Of a stretch of DNA of 64,000 bases, positions 62,264-64,000 are shown in pieces. Within the stretch, counting starts at the first letter, position 1. Every line of letters begins with the position of its first letter. The position numbers and the translations under genes are program-made. Origin of the DNA: an uncultured delta proteobacterium (GTDB taxonomy: Bacteria > Desulfobacterota > Binatia > UBA9968); the NCBI GenBank assembly GCA_963745835.1, contig CAVUZH010000005.1, positions 128,001-192,000 on the forward strand, written 5' to 3'. The notes beneath the pieces were generated by a model that saw only the letters and a list, made by a program, of their open reading frames with translations, had not been told where the DNA came from and made no database searches.

Positions 62264-62524
62264 AAAATCTGAGTTCAAGCCGTCTAAATCAAAAGCGGCG
62301 AATTATATCTCCAGCTTTTATGGCCGCGCTGGAATTTCTCTCATTCGAACAGAATCAACTTCGTCATGTTTGCCGAGGGCACCGCATGGCTGAACGGCCC
62401 CTTAGAAGAGGGGGAGACAAAAAGAGGGTGACTGAATTGCCAACGGATGCGGTAAGACGATGAAAGAGGAAGAAGAGAGCTTCGTTGCGTAGCCTTACTT
62501 GTGCATGAAAGCCCTGAATTTAAC

Positions 62525-62590
62525 CCGTTGAAGGTCTTGAACGCCTGGAACGGTTTGAACGGCTTGAACCAGTTGACGGGTTGAACCTTT
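62525..62590. repeat. 9-nt-period (T/C)TGAAC repeat arm
   Basis: ttgaacgcc tggaacggt ttgaacggc ttgaaccag. Confidence 0.7.
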
Positions 62591-62593
62591 TTC

Positions 62594-64000
62594 TCAATCG
62601 TTCACCGATGCGGGGAAGATCAGCGATTTGATCACCACCGGCACCGATCCTGACGTGGGAATCAGAGCGCCGATATCGATGTAATCGAAATCGCTCAGCG
62701 AAATACCGTCGATCGATATGATCGGATTTTCAATCCGCAACTCCTCCTGAAAGTGCAGCCCGACGATGCCGCCGATATCGCCGTCATTGATTAACGTCAA
62801 CGGATGGCGCTTGGCCAAGATCTCTTGAAGTCCCTCGGCGACGCCGCCGCAAAAAGATTTTAGCCGGGCGAAAGTCGCTGAGCCGCGCCATTGGAACGAT
62901 AACGCCACCGGTTGTTTGCCGCTGAGCAGGTCCAATCTGCGCAGCGCATTTTGTACCGCCAGGACGATGGCTTTCTGATCGATGTCTTCGCCGTCGAAAT
63001 CGAATTCAGGCGCAACCACCGGGATATTGCGAACTGGCACGGCATCTTCCGGTGAAATGAAAATCGTATTGCCGCTGACCTGGATCGTATACTGGGAGGC
63101 GCCGATTACGGTGGCGCGAATCCGCGCGGCTGGTTCCATGACGAGCAGGCCCAATTCAGGCATGCGCCGGTGAATCTCTTCGGCGATCAACGGCCCGAGA
63201 TCGCCGAAGCTGGTTTTTTCGCGATTGTAGATAAATTCCGAAACGCCGCCTGAAAACATCAGCGAATCGATTTCGCCGCGGTAACTAAGCGGCGGCAGCC
63301 GCAGGAGGCCTTTGGTATCTTCGGAGAGGGGCCCGGGCTTGAGTAGGGTGAAGAGCTTTTCAATCATACCCGAGACCATCAGCCGCAGATTATCCTGGGA
63401 GATCTTTTGACCGAGCTCCACTTCGATCCCGGCCCAGCGCGCATGCTTACGACCGGCTTCCTCTATGCGCACTACGGCGCTGTCCTGATCGAAGGCGAGC
63501 AGGCGCGCGCCGACATCGATGGCCGTGACTTCCTGGACCTTGCCGTTGTTGCATAAGGCGAATTTGCTGGTGCCGCCGCCGACGTCGATATTGAGGACCA
63601 CGCCGCCGGTCTTGGCCGAATGCGCCACAGCTCCGGAGCCGTGTCCGGCCATGGTGGCCTCCAGGCCATCTCCGGCGCTCACGGCGACGAACTTGCCGGC
63701 TTCCTTGGCGAACAGCTCGGCAATCGCGCGCGCGTTGCGACGCCTGACCGCCACCCCGGTTAAAATCAGCGCGCCGGTGTCGACATCGTCGCGCTTGATG
63801 CCGGCCTGCTTGTATTGCCGGTTGATGAAGGCCTCCAGCGCTTCGACGTCGATCCTGGTCTCATCGACATAGGGGGTCAGAAGAATTTCCGATTCCTTTA
63901 AAACCTCGCGGCCGGTCACGCGATAGCGCGTCCCTTCGAGGTGGAGCTCGAGCCGGGAAAAAACCAGATGCGTGGTCGAGGAGCCGATGTCCACACCGAC
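62594..64000 (-). CDS. eutA: EutA-like reactivating factor (ASKHA ATPase); 5' end outside window
   Basis: VGVDIGSSTT, NIDVGGGT, FSGGV, IRATVIGA and VPVVIKSLIF motifs. Confidence 0.8.
   Translation of the reverse strand, partial: VGVDIGSSTTHLVFSRLELHLEGTRYRVTGREVLKESEILLTPYVDETRIDVEALEAFINRQYKQAGIKRDDVDTGALILTGVAVRRRNARAIAELFAKEAGKFVAVSAGDGLEATMAGHGSGAVAHSAKTGGVVLNIDVGGGTSKFALCNNGKVQEVTAIDVGARLLAFDQDSAVVRIEEAGRKHARWAGIEVELGQKISQDNLRLMVSGMIEKLFTLLKPGPLSEDTKGLLRLPPLSYRGEIDSLMFSGGVSEFIYNREKTSFGDLGPLIAEEIHRRMPELGLLVMEPAARIRATVIGASQYTIQVSGNTIFISPEDAVPVRNIPVVAPEFDFDGEDIDQKAIVLAVQNALRRLDLLSGKQPVALSFQWRGSATFARLKSFCGGVAEGLQEILAKRHPLTLINDGDIGGIVGLHFQEELRIENPIISIDGISLSDFDYIDIGALIPTSGSVPVVIKSLIFPASVND

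Overview
Bacterial genomic window of moderately high GC. Gene content and repeat style suggest a soil Deltaproteobacteria-like or Candidatus Binatia genome (inference). It carries many single-base frameshifts typical of long-read assembly. 1-15 kb is a stress/respiration island: GH15, two DegP/Q proteases, a caa3-type oxidase operon with fused subunit I+III, TIGR02587/02588, SDR and SRPBCC, with sigma54-like promoters. 15-34 kb is catabolic: amidase, TPP enzyme, amidohydrolases, a pcaDCH-G-B protocatechuate operon and a CoA ligase, plus an unannotated UPWC selenoprotein. 34-47 kb is a mobile-element-rich zone. It holds three tandem HUH/Y1 (RAYT-like) transposase elements with 27-bp inverted ends enclosing phage-like DNA, and orphan ends of the same family abutting captured gene fragments and higBA. 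It also holds an IS1111-type IS110 element whose empty target site and candidate guide-RNA target loop are both readable in the window. 47-64 kb is mostly ordinary metabolism. Several dispersed repeat/MITE families occur. No rRNA, tRNA or CRISPR array was seen.
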